DNA of 43,987 nucleotides from a virus (Duplodnaviria; Caudoviricetes): positions 1-43,987 of IMG/VR virus record IMGVR_UViG_3300038829_000010; one strand, written 5' to 3'. The position numbers and the translations under genes are program-made. Positions within the stretch are counted from its first letter, which is position 1. Each line of letters starts with the position of its first letter. Under the pieces are notes generated by a model that saw nothing but the letters and a program-made list of their open reading frames with translations, was not told where the DNA came from and did not search any database. Below, in pieces: positions 35,060 to 43,861 of the stretch.

Positions 35060-35230
35060 CTACGGTTTTAGACGGTTTTGGACGATAGGCTTACACATGG
35101 GCATCGCCGCGCCTGGGAAGTTCGTTTGATACCATTGCTTATGACGGCACGCAACAGTGTCGCCGTAGTGAGCCCGGTTGACTGTGAATATCCCACCGAA
35201 GAAGATGAACAGAATTAGCGTGATAGTCAT
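35060..35230 (-). CDS. Small membrane-anchored hypothetical protein
   Basis: MTITLILFIFFGGIF...; ATGA overlap; translated by hand. Confidence 0.45.
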   Translation of the reverse strand: MTITLILFIFFGGIFTVNRAHYGDTVACRHKQWYQTNFPGAAMPMCKPIVQNRLKP

Positions 35231-35346
35231 GGTATTGTGTACACATTATACACCCCAAACGTATCTCGTTGGATACGCTGGCTAGGTTCGACGATCGCAC
35301 ACCCGCCGAGCAGGGCGGCGAGGGCCAGGATGGCTAGTGCCTTCAT
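35227..35346 (-). CDS. Small lipoprotein (39 aa)
   Basis: MKALAILALAALLGGC lipobox; ATGA overlaps. Confidence 0.6.
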   Translation of the reverse strand: MKALAILALAALLGGCAIVEPSQRIQRDTFGVYNVYTIP

Positions 35347-35472
35347 GGCCTATGCTCCCACGATATAAAGCTGGGACGAAGCCTTGCGTTTGCTACCTGT
35401 AAGATGCACTCCTCCTCCGGGCCGGTGAACCTTATAGGTGTATGGTCGGTGAAGTACAGGATAATAGTCATG

Positions 35473-35676
35473 TTAGCGCCCCCCTTCGTACTGCTCCAAC
35501 ATAGCTTCCTTAAGCGCCATTTCTGTTCTAGTGATCTTCTCGTCTGTCTCATTGGCCTTAATTAACCACTGAGCCGACTTTTCTTCCTGGGCTAACTTTT
35601 GCTCCCGAAGTTGGAAGATTCTAATCCGAAGTTTGTTTACGATTGAAACGCTGGTATCGAATGCTTTGTTTTCCAT
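35473..35676 (-). CDS. Small coiled-coil protein
   Basis: ATG is 6 nt after a -10 box. Confidence 0.65.
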   Translation of the reverse strand: MENKAFDTSVSIVNKLRIRIFQLREQKLAQEEKSAQWLIKANETDEKITRTEMALKEAMLEQYEGGR

Positions 35677-35682
35677 ACCTAC

Positions 35683-35711
35683 AGTATAACATCAATATAG
35701 CATGATGTCAA
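35683..35711 (-). promoter_or_regulatory. sigma70 promoter, leaderless
   Basis: AAAATAGGTA-TTGACA-N17-TATACT-N6-ATG. Confidence 0.85.
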
Positions 35712-35735
35712 TACCTATTTTACGGTCAAGACCGC

Positions 35736-35912
35736 CTATTTTACCCCTACCCCGAACTTCCTACACCACGCATACAACTGCACCTGCGATGACGGCAGTC
35801 CCGCTTCGCGCAACGCTTCCCGGACGGCCAGGATGGCGCGTTTACGGGGAACTCCTTCGTTAAGTAGAGCTCGAAACTTACGCGCCGCGGCTTTACGTAG
35901 TTTGTTCGTCAT
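35736..35912 (-). CDS. Small basic, possibly HTH protein
   Basis: ATGA overlap with the nuclease stop. Confidence 0.5.
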   Translation of the reverse strand: MTNKLRKAAARKFRALLNEGVPRKRAILAVREALREAGLPSSQVQLYAWCRKFGVGVK

Positions 35913-36622
35913 AACCACGCTGAACAATGCGGCTTAAAGTCGCACCACGAGCAAGATTTTTCACTAGGGGTCGCTTGAAACTCCTTACGCGCAATAGCGT
36001 CCGCGGTACGTTTGATTTTGTCCCTTAATGCGTTGACCTTGTCCTCTGTCCGCGCCTTGGCGCTATGTAGGGTAAGGCTCGGCACGTGGTATAGGGACAC
36101 CGTATCGACTTCGGACTCCGGGTATATGGTTTTCGCGGCGAGTTGATACATCGTCATTTGTTCGTCGTCGTCTATTCGAGTAACGTCCAATGACTGCCCG
36201 GTCTTGTAGTCTATTACATGAAGATCGCCAGACGGGAACATATCCACGCGGTCGATAAAGCCAGTGACGCGCACGTGGTCCACGGTCATGTCGAACTTGG
36301 CCTCGACCGAAAGCGGCTTGACCCAGTCCTGGGCGTGCTTGCGGTAATAGTCTCGAAGCATTGAGTCAGCGTTTCGTTTGGCTTTATCCTGCGCTTTGGT
36401 ATCTGCATAACCTTCGTCCACCCAGTGCGTCTCCAGGTATTCTAGAACGTCATCTAGCGGCGGGCAAACCTCCCCGGCGTACATAAACTCGAGTGCAGAA
36501 TGGACGGACTTCCCGAAACTAAAGAAGTGCTTCGGTTTCTCCGGCATCCGTAGCACATACTTGAACTCGTATTTCTTCGGGCAGTCTGAGTAAGTTGAGA
36601 TCGAAGAGTGTGAAAGTTTCAT
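35909..36622 (-). CDS. PD-(D/E)XK RecB/Cas4-like exonuclease
   Basis: LSHSSISTYSDCP, G..VH.ALE, GFIDRVD, IDYKTG, QMTMY and CSWCDFKPHC motifs. Confidence 0.92.
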   Translation of the reverse strand: MKLSHSSISTYSDCPKKYEFKYVLRMPEKPKHFFSFGKSVHSALEFMYAGEVCPPLDDVLEYLETHWVDEGYADTKAQDKAKRNADSMLRDYYRKHAQDWVKPLSVEAKFDMTVDHVRVTGFIDRVDMFPSGDLHVIDYKTGQSLDVTRIDDDEQMTMYQLAAKTIYPESEVDTVSLYHVPSLTLHSAKARTEDKVNALRDKIKRTADAIARKEFQATPSEKSCSWCDFKPHCSAWL

Positions 36623-36891
36623 AAGCGGTAGCCCTCCCCAGGTACGGCGTGGATCATAATACCGAACGAGCGGAGTTTAAGCCGGAGTCTTGCCACCATA
36701 ACGTCGACCCTGCGGTCTCCGGGTCTATACCTTATAACACCCCATACCCTGTGAAACAGGTCGGCTCGAGAAACGGGGCCTTTGGCCTTATTTAACGTAT
36801 CAAGAAGTCGGAGCTCGGTGTATGTTAGGCCCCCTACCACCCTGCCGCCGATTACCGCTTTAACTTGGTCATAGACTATCGTAATTTGCAT
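36619..36891 (-). CDS. Stand-alone OmpR/PhoB-type winged-helix DNA-binding protein
   Basis: LTYTELRLL...VSRADL...VWG...RRVDVMVARLRLKL...I..V.GEGYRL. Confidence 0.85.
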   Translation of the reverse strand: MQITIVYDQVKAVIGGRVVGGLTYTELRLLDTLNKAKGPVSRADLFHRVWGVIRYRPGDRRVDVMVARLRLKLRSFGIMIHAVPGEGYRL

Positions 36892-36905
36892 TTTTGGCAA
36901 CCTCG

Positions 36906-37132
36906 GTAACAACGTTACGGAAAAATTGTGTTTAGATTTACTACGCTAAATCGCGTGTTACGGTGTTACGGTTTTTTCGTTTCACGACAGACATATAACC
37001 GGATACACCACACAACACTTATATTTGTAAAACCCCCTTTATATTTATTTTTATCGTTACAAACATAACAAACGTAACTTCCCCTCGTAAAATCATGTTA
37101 CGATATCAGTTACGTTTTCTTTGTCCCGTAAC
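36906..37132. repeat. Putative replication origin with GTTAC/GTAAC iterons
   Basis: Nine copies in both orientations around an AT-rich core, at the 3' end of the primase-helicase gene. Confidence 0.6.
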
Positions 37133-39600
37133 TTAACGCATTCCCATGGGACCAAAACTCCGCGACACACACCGTCGCCAATTCGCACCACACCGCTCAA
37201 TTCCGCACCGTGAAGCCTACGGAGAACCCGGCTCCAGTCTTTGCCCCAGTGCGTTCCCGTAAGCAAAGCACGCACGCCCTTGTGCGAATTAGCGATAACG
37301 ACTCCATCTGCTGTTGATTTAATACCAACCAATGCCAGTGATTCGATGGCGTCCCGTGGATTAATTTCCTGTACATCCGAATGTTGTACAGCGCGTAATA
37401 GAGTTGAGACGCTCTTTTCAGCCATGCCGTGCGTTAAGGCTACGCGCTGAACGGACTGGAGGATGTAATCTAAAAGATCCTGCTCATCATTCTCTTCCTT
37501 TAGAGCCTGCTGTTGCGAAAGGTCCTGATCCGAAAGAAGCTCCGCCGCTAGTTCTGCCGTCACCGGCTCATCGCTCAGTAAGGAGTAGCATCCAGCCAGT
37601 AACGTGCCGACCTGATCCCCTAACCGCCGCGAGCCTATTCGTCCGCTAGCGGCCACCGCAAACACCCGCGCGTTCGCGCGTATGGTAGGGATCATCCTAA
37701 TACACCGCGCTCGGAACCCGTCAACATAACGGTCGGTAAACACGTCGGCGACTCGCGCGCACAGCGCGCCGAACGCCGCGTCACGAACGGTCTGCTCGCC
37801 ATCCGGTACCTTCATTTCTAGAATGCTGATGCGGTTCCTGTCGGCGGCTTGATATGCGGACACGTTAATAGAAGACATCGCGAAGCAGGATCGTATTCGA
37901 TATGTACGGGCCATCCCATCTGCTGAGCCTTTAAGAATTGCTCCACCCGTTTCAGAACTGGCTTGCCTAATAAGTCCGAGCACGTTTGCCATCCGGGCGT
38001 CGTCACGCTGTCCGTCGGCTTCCGCTTCATCGAACACCACCGGACGAGCGTCGTGTCCTAAGGTTTGCCGTAGGCCGGCCTCGGTTGTCGTTGACTGCGC
38101 GGACAACGCTAGATTCCCTAGTAGGCGTTTGACAAGATGGTCCACAGTCCAAGATTTTCCAGACCCAGACGGTCCCGATATCCATACGTGAGGCCTCCAT
38201 TCCACCGCACCACACACCGTCGCCACCACGCACCATCCGGCGGCAAGCCGCGCGTGGTGCGGGTGTTCCCATGAGAGAGACTCGAAGATTTCCAGGACCT
38301 GACGTGCGGCGGCAACGTCGAGCGGATCACCGATCGACACGTCCAGGGACTTTGACATTTCGTAAACATACCGGCCAGGGAGTAAGGAGCGTATGGGACT
38401 CGAGCGTTCGTTGGCGATTAGGAAATCGCCAGTGTGCATCACCGCGCCGGCTTCTTCGTCCCACCACGCACCGCGGCCGCGAAAGCGGTCATGGTCAAAG
38501 ATACCGACTTTGTGTTGAGCTTCCATAAGGAACGACTGCGCGCCCTGCCACGCAACACCATGCTCTCCTCCAAACTTAGACTCCCAGTAACGCATGGATG
38601 CAAGTCGCAGTAGATTGTTCTTGTCATGGCCACGCGCCGTGAGTTCGACGACTTGCCCGGTAGAACGTGAAAGATAGTAATAAATCTCGTGGTCATAGCC
38701 CAGGCATTGGAATTCTGATTCATCAAGTTCGCTCCTACGAGATTCTGCTCGTGCGACGGATTCGACTACACGTTTAATGTCGGCGAGTGGTATGGTATAC
38801 GGCACACCCGGCACCTGCCAACTGCGCCGCCCGTACCCACTGGAGATGATGTCAATGACGTTCACGACCGAGAGCCGCTTGCGTAGGTAGTGGCCGGCAA
38901 GCTTGGTCATTGAGTCGTCGTGAGTTCCGGGCCCAGTGCCCTTACTAAGCTCTTCGACCCATCCTGGCTTGTTGCCATTTTTAGCGGTCTTGACCGTTTT
39001 ATTCTCAGTTGGTGAGCCCCGCTTACGAGCAATAAGCTCCAACAGACTCGCCGGAACTTCCGGCACATTGCCATCCAAGTCCACGACCCATTCATACGCT
39101 TTCCCATTAGGGTGAATGGACGGAGGAAGAACCACGAAGTTATTGATCGTCAGTATTTCGACGAACGGCTTACAGGGCTTCCCGTCGGCGTCTGTTGCGT
39201 GCAGGAACTTGGCGCCTGGGACCTTGGCAAAGTCCCGTACACCAGCCGGCAAGCGCAGGTAGGCGTGATACCCACCCGAACCGGACATAACCCGAGGGGT
39301 GTTCTCAGGCAGTACAACGCCGGCCGCAACCAGCAGGGCCTCAGCGGCCTTGCCACCATCAAAGTCTACAACCAGCCACGAAGCAGGAATCACGGTTCCC
39401 ATGTTAAACCGGCCGTCAGAGAACCATGTAGTGAGTTCTTCTTCGGTCGGTGCTCTCCGCTGGAACTCGTGCCAGTCAGCTAGTGGTCTGTCGGTTGTTG
39501 GCGCAGTGCCGGCCTTTGCCGCCGCAGGCATCTTCTGCCTTGGTACTACAGGGATCGGCCGCAGGCCGGCCGCGAGATAACGTAGAGCCTCGTTTAACAC
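37093..39600 (-). CDS. Bifunctional primase-polymerase fused to a P-loop helicase
   Basis: PIPVVPRQKMP, LVVDFD, SGSGGYHAYL, VVLPPSIHPNGKAYEW; C-terminal GPSGSGKS and VFDEAE. Confidence 0.9.
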   Translation of the reverse strand: MLNEALRYLAAGLRPIPVVPRQKMPAAAKAGTAPTTDRPLADWHEFQRRAPTEEELTTWFSDGRFNMGTVIPASWLVVDFDGGKAAEALLVAAGVVLPENTPRVMSGSGGYHAYLRLPAGVRDFAKVPGAKFLHATDADGKPCKPFVEILTINNFVVLPPSIHPNGKAYEWVVDLDGNVPEVPASLLELIARKRGSPTENKTVKTAKNGNKPGWVEELSKGTGPGTHDDSMTKLAGHYLRKRLSVVNVIDIISSGYGRRSWQVPGVPYTIPLADIKRVVESVARAESRRSELDESEFQCLGYDHEIYYYLSRSTGQVVELTARGHDKNNLLRLASMRYWESKFGGEHGVAWQGAQSFLMEAQHKVGIFDHDRFRGRGAWWDEEAGAVMHTGDFLIANERSSPIRSLLPGRYVYEMSKSLDVSIGDPLDVAAARQVLEIFESLSWEHPHHARLAAGWCVVATVCGAVEWRPHVWISGPSGSGKSWTVDHLVKRLLGNLALSAQSTTTEAGLRQTLGHDARPVVFDEAEADGQRDDARMANVLGLIRQASSETGGAILKGSADGMARTYRIRSCFAMSSINVSAYQAADRNRISILEMKVPDGEQTVRDAAFGALCARVADVFTDRYVDGFRARCIRMIPTIRANARVFAVAASGRIGSRRLGDQVGTLLAGCYSLLSDEPVTAELAAELLSDQDLSQQQALKEENDEQDLLDYILQSVQRVALTHGMAEKSVSTLLRAVQHSDVQEINPRDAIESLALVGIKSTADGVVIANSHKGVRALLTGTHWGKDWSRVLRRLHGAELSGVVRIGDGVCRGVLVPWECVKLRDKENVTDIVT

Positions 39601-39941
39601 GCGAGAATATCCATGGCGTCCTCAGTAGAACGAGCCACACCGGCTAGACCGCCAGCGTCTGCAACGACGTTGATGAAATGATCTTGCTCGGGAGTTGTGC
39701 GGCCAGAGCCGTCTTTAACTTCGATGGCGACGAACACCGCCAGCTTTTGACCTACGTGGTGCGGACCGACCACGATTGATTTCCATCCAAGAAGGTCCGA
39801 GGCGCCCTTCCCGCCTACACCGTATCGAAGAAACGTACCATCAGTTAAACGTGTAGCTCCAACATTGTTGCGGAAGATCGTTGCGATTCCCGCGAGCCCG
39901 AGCATTATTCGACGCATCACGGCCGTCTCATTATTTGGCAT
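39594..39941 (-). CDS. VRR-NUC nuclease
   Basis: FRNNVG, GASDLLG, FVAIEVK, EQ..FI and GG.AGVARS motifs. Confidence 0.9.
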   Translation of the reverse strand: MPNNETAVMRRIMLGLAGIATIFRNNVGATRLTDGTFLRYGVGGKGASDLLGWKSIVVGPHHVGQKLAVFVAIEVKDGSGRTTPEQDHFINVVADAGGLAGVARSTEDAMDILAC

Positions 39942-39953
39942 TTTGTGGTACAG

Positions 39954-39982
39954 AGTGTAATGGTTTTATAACTACCTGTCAA
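39954..39982 (-). promoter_or_regulatory. sigma70 promoter
   Basis: TTGACA-N17-TACACT, 12 nt before the VRR-NUC ATG. Confidence 0.65.
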
Positions 39983-40605
39983 CGAAGTTTAATATGGTAT
40001 TTCTCGCCATCCTTTAGCACTTCGCAATTCTTTTCTCGTCCCATACGATTAGGCGAAAGTTGCGCATTAATTGTTTTTTTCATCGACTCGCTTGGACCAA
40101 ATTCTTTCACTAGGGCTAAATAAATTTCATCCTTTGTGAGCCATTGTTCTAGAAGACTTAAATAAATTGTTTGGATGATAGTTCCACGTTTTGGTGACTC
40201 GTGTCTTTCCCAAACATCATCTCTATCGCGTCCGCTTAGAAGCATATTTAAGTACGCACACATCTCACCATACCTGGCAAACGGGATCAACGGTTGAATT
40301 GTTTTTGGGGCTAAAGAGAAGTAAAGTGGACCGCCAACAAAAAAACCATCACCATCCGGCCATGGACCGTCATAATTAGATTTTAGTTTTTCGTTATACG
40401 GTTGAAGAATATCCATGTCTTTAACAATGCCATACTTTGCAGATAGAACCATTGGCTTAAGGGAGACCATATCCGCATACTGAAGCGCGAGCCGGAAAAT
40501 GGCACCAATATAAAAGTCCCGCGCCATTGTGGGCACGGGACTTTTCTCTAAACTACAGGCTATAAGAAGGAATTTATTCGTCTTTAACTGGGTCCGGGTG
40601 CTCAA
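39979..40605 (-). CDS. DUF6884-like protein (paralog 2) with C-terminal extension
   Basis: LIACS..K...ARDFYIG..F...VLSAKYGIV...LQPYN pattern; AT-rich. Confidence 0.7.
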   Translation of the reverse strand: MSTRTQLKTNKFLLIACSLEKSPVPTMARDFYIGAIFRLALQYADMVSLKPMVLSAKYGIVKDMDILQPYNEKLKSNYDGPWPDGDGFFVGGPLYFSLAPKTIQPLIPFARYGEMCAYLNMLLSGRDRDDVWERHESPKRGTIIQTIYLSLLEQWLTKDEIYLALVKEFGPSESMKKTINAQLSPNRMGREKNCEVLKDGEKYHIKLR

Positions 40606-40693
40606 AGTCTATGCCTTCCTTTTTAAGAAATTCCATCAACTTCTCGAGCTTGCTTTCCGTAACGTGTGCGACGACGATGTAGTTTTTATCCAT
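40574..40693 (-). CDS. Small hypothetical protein (39 aa)
   Basis: MDKNYIVVAHV...; ATG is 6 nt after TATAAT. Confidence 0.55.
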   Translation of the reverse strand: MDKNYIVVAHVTESKLEKLMEFLKKEGIDFEHPDPVKDE

Positions 40694-40699
40694 ACCTAC

Positions 40700-40728
40700 A
40701 TTATAACAGGAGTTGATTATCTTGTCAA
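40700..40728 (-). promoter_or_regulatory. sigma70 promoter, leaderless
   Basis: TTGACA-N17-TATAAT-N6-ATG(40693). Confidence 0.85.
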
Positions 40729-40731
40729 GAC

Positions 40732-42156
40732 CTATCTCGCATCCTCCGGCTTCCCACCGCGCTCAATCCAACGTCTGTACGCCCACCCCGGCCAGTACCC
40801 ACGCTTACGCGCAAGCTCGAGAAGCTCCTTATACGTCCGCGCCTGGGCCTCCTCCTTCCGCCGTATCCGGCTCAACATTCTTGGATCAATAACGGCCAAT
40901 TCCCCAGGGGTGTAGCCCTGTTCCCGTTCCTGGGCCACCACGACGAACACATGGCCGCACACCTTGCAAGACTTGTCCCATGGCTTACAGTAAGAGAAGC
41001 ACATCGGACAAGCCTTAACTCCCGGCCCACTGTCCGGCCGCTTCTTCTTAGACTCCAACGTCCATTCTCGATCCTCGTCCGCTAACCCATGGCGAAACGC
41101 GTTGCCAGCGTGGTCAAGGATGATTGCGCGCGGCTTACCGGAGGCCGCGATGGCCGCTATACGTTGTTCACGTGTGTCCAGTGGCATGCCGGGATGGTAG
41201 AACGGCCTTAGGAGCCGGCCGACCTGTTGCATGTAGACTGCTAAAGACTTCGTCTGTCGTAATAGGATGCCAGCGACGACCCCCGGAGCGTCGAATCCTT
41301 CGGATATGAGATCGCACGAAGTGAGAACCTGGACTGTCCCACTTTTAAGACCGGCCAAACGCTCCCGGACAACGGACGTCGGCATCCGTCCATCGATGGA
41401 CTCCGACTTAAAACCGGCTTCCCTAAACTCTGCCGCCACATCCTGCGCATGCTGTACAGTCGCGCAGAACGCAATAGCAGGCGCGCCAGGGCACAGGCGA
41501 CGGTAGTGATCCACCGCATCACCTGTAATTTCTTTACGATCCATAATGTCTTGGATGTCTTTAACATTGTAGTCACCTCCGGTCGTACGTGCGCGGGCAA
41601 TATCAACAACCTTCGACGCCCCATAAGACACGGCCTCCGTTAGATAACCATCGTCCATTAACTGCCGGACGGTAGGACCAACGATAAGCTCTTGTGCGAT
41701 CTCACCTAACCCGCGGCCATCCATTCGGAGCGGTGTTGCGGTCACTAACAACACACTGGCATCAGGGTCTGCGTCAAGGATTTTCCTATACGAACCGGCT
41801 ATTGCGTGATGACCTTCATCTATAATGTAGAGCTTGAACTTGTATTGCTCCAGGCGCCGCGCCAGGGTTTGGACCGAGGCGATCTTAACTCGGTCGCCGA
41901 AGTCCGTTCGTTTAGGCGCGATAATGGAATGTAGGACGTTGATGTCGTTTAGCTTGTCTGAGGCCTGCTGAAGCAGGGTGTCGCGGTGTACCATAATCAC
42001 CGCTTCGGTCCCGGCTTCATGGCATAGGCGCGCGATCTCGGCGAAGATTACAGTCTTGCCGCCGCCAGTTGGCAGGGTGTAGGCGACACACCGGACACGC
42101 ATTAGCGCATCATGAATTAGGGGAACGGCTTCCCCTTGGTACGGGCGGAGGATCAT
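40732..42156 (-). CDS. SF2 DEAD/DEAH-like helicase with C-terminal Zn ribbon
   Basis: LRPYQ, PTGGGKT, DEGHH, TATP, EGFDAP, QQVGR and CPMC...CKVC motifs. Confidence 0.95.
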   Translation of the reverse strand: MILRPYQGEAVPLIHDALMRVRCVAYTLPTGGGKTVIFAEIARLCHEAGTEAVIMVHRDTLLQQASDKLNDINVLHSIIAPKRTDFGDRVKIASVQTLARRLEQYKFKLYIIDEGHHAIAGSYRKILDADPDASVLLVTATPLRMDGRGLGEIAQELIVGPTVRQLMDDGYLTEAVSYGASKVVDIARARTTGGDYNVKDIQDIMDRKEITGDAVDHYRRLCPGAPAIAFCATVQHAQDVAAEFREAGFKSESIDGRMPTSVVRERLAGLKSGTVQVLTSCDLISEGFDAPGVVAGILLRQTKSLAVYMQQVGRLLRPFYHPGMPLDTREQRIAAIAASGKPRAIILDHAGNAFRHGLADEDREWTLESKKKRPDSGPGVKACPMCFSYCKPWDKSCKVCGHVFVVVAQEREQGYTPGELAVIDPRMLSRIRRKEEAQARTYKELLELARKRGYWPGWAYRRWIERGGKPEDAR

Positions 42157-42737
42157 TAGAAAAAGAACGCGTTGAAGAAGTTGTCGTGATAGATCGCGTC
42201 GCCGTCCTTAAGTCCTTGCTCGAGGAGGCGTTGCGCTAGGTTTTCGGATGGGTGTGTAGACGTTGGATCGTAGCGCGACGAACGATAGTCACAGAAGATA
42301 AATTTTGCCGCTGGGTCGAGCTTAAGGATTGCATTGACTTCGTTGCGGAAGCGGCAGTCCGCATTAACGACGTTTGCATGGAAGCCGACCGCGCTAATAA
42401 ATTGGTTGACCCAGTAGTCTTTATCCCGCTTGCGCATGGTGTCCGTACCAAGGCGCTGAAGCAAGCGGCGCCCGGTCATGGCGTCAGGACTCTCAGCCAG
42501 GATTTGGCGCTTATCGGTGACGATGAACGCTTCTTGGAAACGGTTCGCCGGGCGCCGAACGCCGACGATGTTCTCCTTAAACCATTCGTAGTCCTCACGA
42601 ACGTTATAGCCAGCGATGTCGGATGCCATGTCGAGCAGACCATCCTTAAAGTCAACGCGCAACGCGCCGGATTCGGCAAGCTGTTCTGCGCGGTAGTCCT
42701 TACCTGAGCCGATGACGCCGATGAAAGAAGTGATCAT
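42156..42737 (-). CDS. Deoxynucleoside monophosphate kinase
   Basis: GVIGSGKD, RRLLQRLGTD..R, DCRFRNE and HPSE motifs. Confidence 0.88.
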   Translation of the reverse strand: MITSFIGVIGSGKDYRAEQLAESGALRVDFKDGLLDMASDIAGYNVREDYEWFKENIVGVRRPANRFQEAFIVTDKRQILAESPDAMTGRRLLQRLGTDTMRKRDKDYWVNQFISAVGFHANVVNADCRFRNEVNAILKLDPAAKFIFCDYRSSRYDPTSTHPSENLAQRLLEQGLKDGDAIYHDNFFNAFFF

Positions 42738-42964
42738 TTTGACTCCACTACCGTAAGAGATTTAATCATCGCTATGTATTCAGTCTGCAACAGCGAATAA
42801 ACTAGATAGCTAACCCACCACTCACCGCCGTGTCTTACGATCGCTTTCTTCCCGTTCATTGACGGGTGAGGGCGGACACGGAGGCCACGGAATTCTAGAT
42901 TACCCACGCATGCGGCCAGCGTCACGGCCGGACCGGAAGCCTTTGGCGTACTGTTCTTCGGCAT
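42734..42964 (-). CDS. Hypothetical protein
   Basis: ATGA overlap with the kinase start. Confidence 0.5.
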   Translation of the reverse strand: MPKNSTPKASGPAVTLAACVGNLEFRGLRVRPHPSMNGKKAIVRHGGEWWVSYLVYSLLQTEYIAMIKSLTVVESK

Positions 42965-43146
42965 CCTGGTACACTGTAAAGAACGCGATGGCCGTTATGC
43001 CCACGCCGAGGCCGGACATGAACATTATAAACCCGTACAGGTACGGGCATGTCTGCATGAAGTTCATCATCGAATACCTCCCAGTACAAGCTGGAGCGAT
43101 ATAAGCAGAAGCGCAAGAGCGCCGGCCTTAATGATTAGGGAAGTCC

Positions 43147-43398
43147 TCATGGTTGCTCAGAGCACGTTAAGTTCCAACTCTTTTTACCATCTCGACCCCA
43201 AATGTCTTTTTGAAGTCCACATTTAAGACTTATAAATTTTTGGGATTGTTCATCCAATGCATCCGCCACCCGCTTCGTATCAGCGGCTATCGACGTATCA
43301 TTCTTGATCTTATTGATCGCGAAGTAGCCACCGATAATGAGGGTGCCGATTATAAAAGTAAATACCGCGCCCAAAAAGACTCCTCTTATCTTTTTCAT
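43147..43398 (-). CDS. Single-TM membrane protein
   Basis: VFLGAVFTFIIGTLIIGGYFAI TM segment; GGAGG RBS. Confidence 0.65.
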   Translation of the reverse strand: MKKIRGVFLGAVFTFIIGTLIIGGYFAINKIKNDTSIAADTKRVADALDEQSQKFISLKCGLQKDIWGRDGKKSWNLTCSEQP

Positions 43399-43631
43399 TA
43401 GTACCTCCCTCCTTTCATTCCCACCTGCACCTTCACAAATTTACTCGTCTCTGAACACCGGCACGCGCCAGTAACGGCATCTGGGGAACCGTCACACCGT
43501 CCCACACCGTCGACTAGTTCACATGGCACCACGAGCCGGCCTTCAGGTTCGTAGAACTTCAGCGTTATGGTCTTCGGTTTATCGCATGCGGCACACCCCG
43601 CCAACAGCAGAACGGCTATCGCTATCCTCAT
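43398..43631 (-). CDS. Cys-rich lipoprotein
   Basis: MRIAIAVLLLAGC lipobox. Confidence 0.65.
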   Translation of the reverse strand: MRIAIAVLLLAGCAACDKPKTITLKFYEPEGRLVVPCELVDGVGRCDGSPDAVTGACRCSETSKFVKVQVGMKGGRY

Positions 43632-43777
43632 GGCTGTTGGTCCTCGTACTTATCTTTCCAGGCGTCTGACCGCATATTCTCTAACCTCTGGCCCAGGACG
43701 GTGTGCATGTAGCACAAGAGCCAGAACAGTATGACGCACCAATTCGGCATGTCGCACTTCAAAAGAAACTGCTTCAT
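43628..43777 (-). CDS. Small membrane protein
   Basis: MKQFLLK...WCVILFWLLCY; ATGA overlaps. Confidence 0.55.
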   Translation of the reverse strand: MKQFLLKCDMPNWCVILFWLLCYMHTVLGQRLENMRSDAWKDKYEDQQP

Positions 43778-43800
43778 TTGGTAGACCTCTTGCGGCGGGA

Positions 43801-43861
43801 TTTCCGAATTGACGGATGGCCTTGTATGCCGTCGCAATGCCAAAGATCGCACATACAAATA
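43801..43861 (+). repeat. 61 bp direct repeat, copy 2
   Basis: Identical to 1344-1404 and immediately followed by the IS inverted repeat. Confidence 0.92.

Noticed and set aside
35909-36622. CRISPR-Cas system suggested by the Cas4-like nuclease
   Set aside because: No repeat-spacer array or other cas genes were seen; stand-alone nucleases of this type are common in phages.
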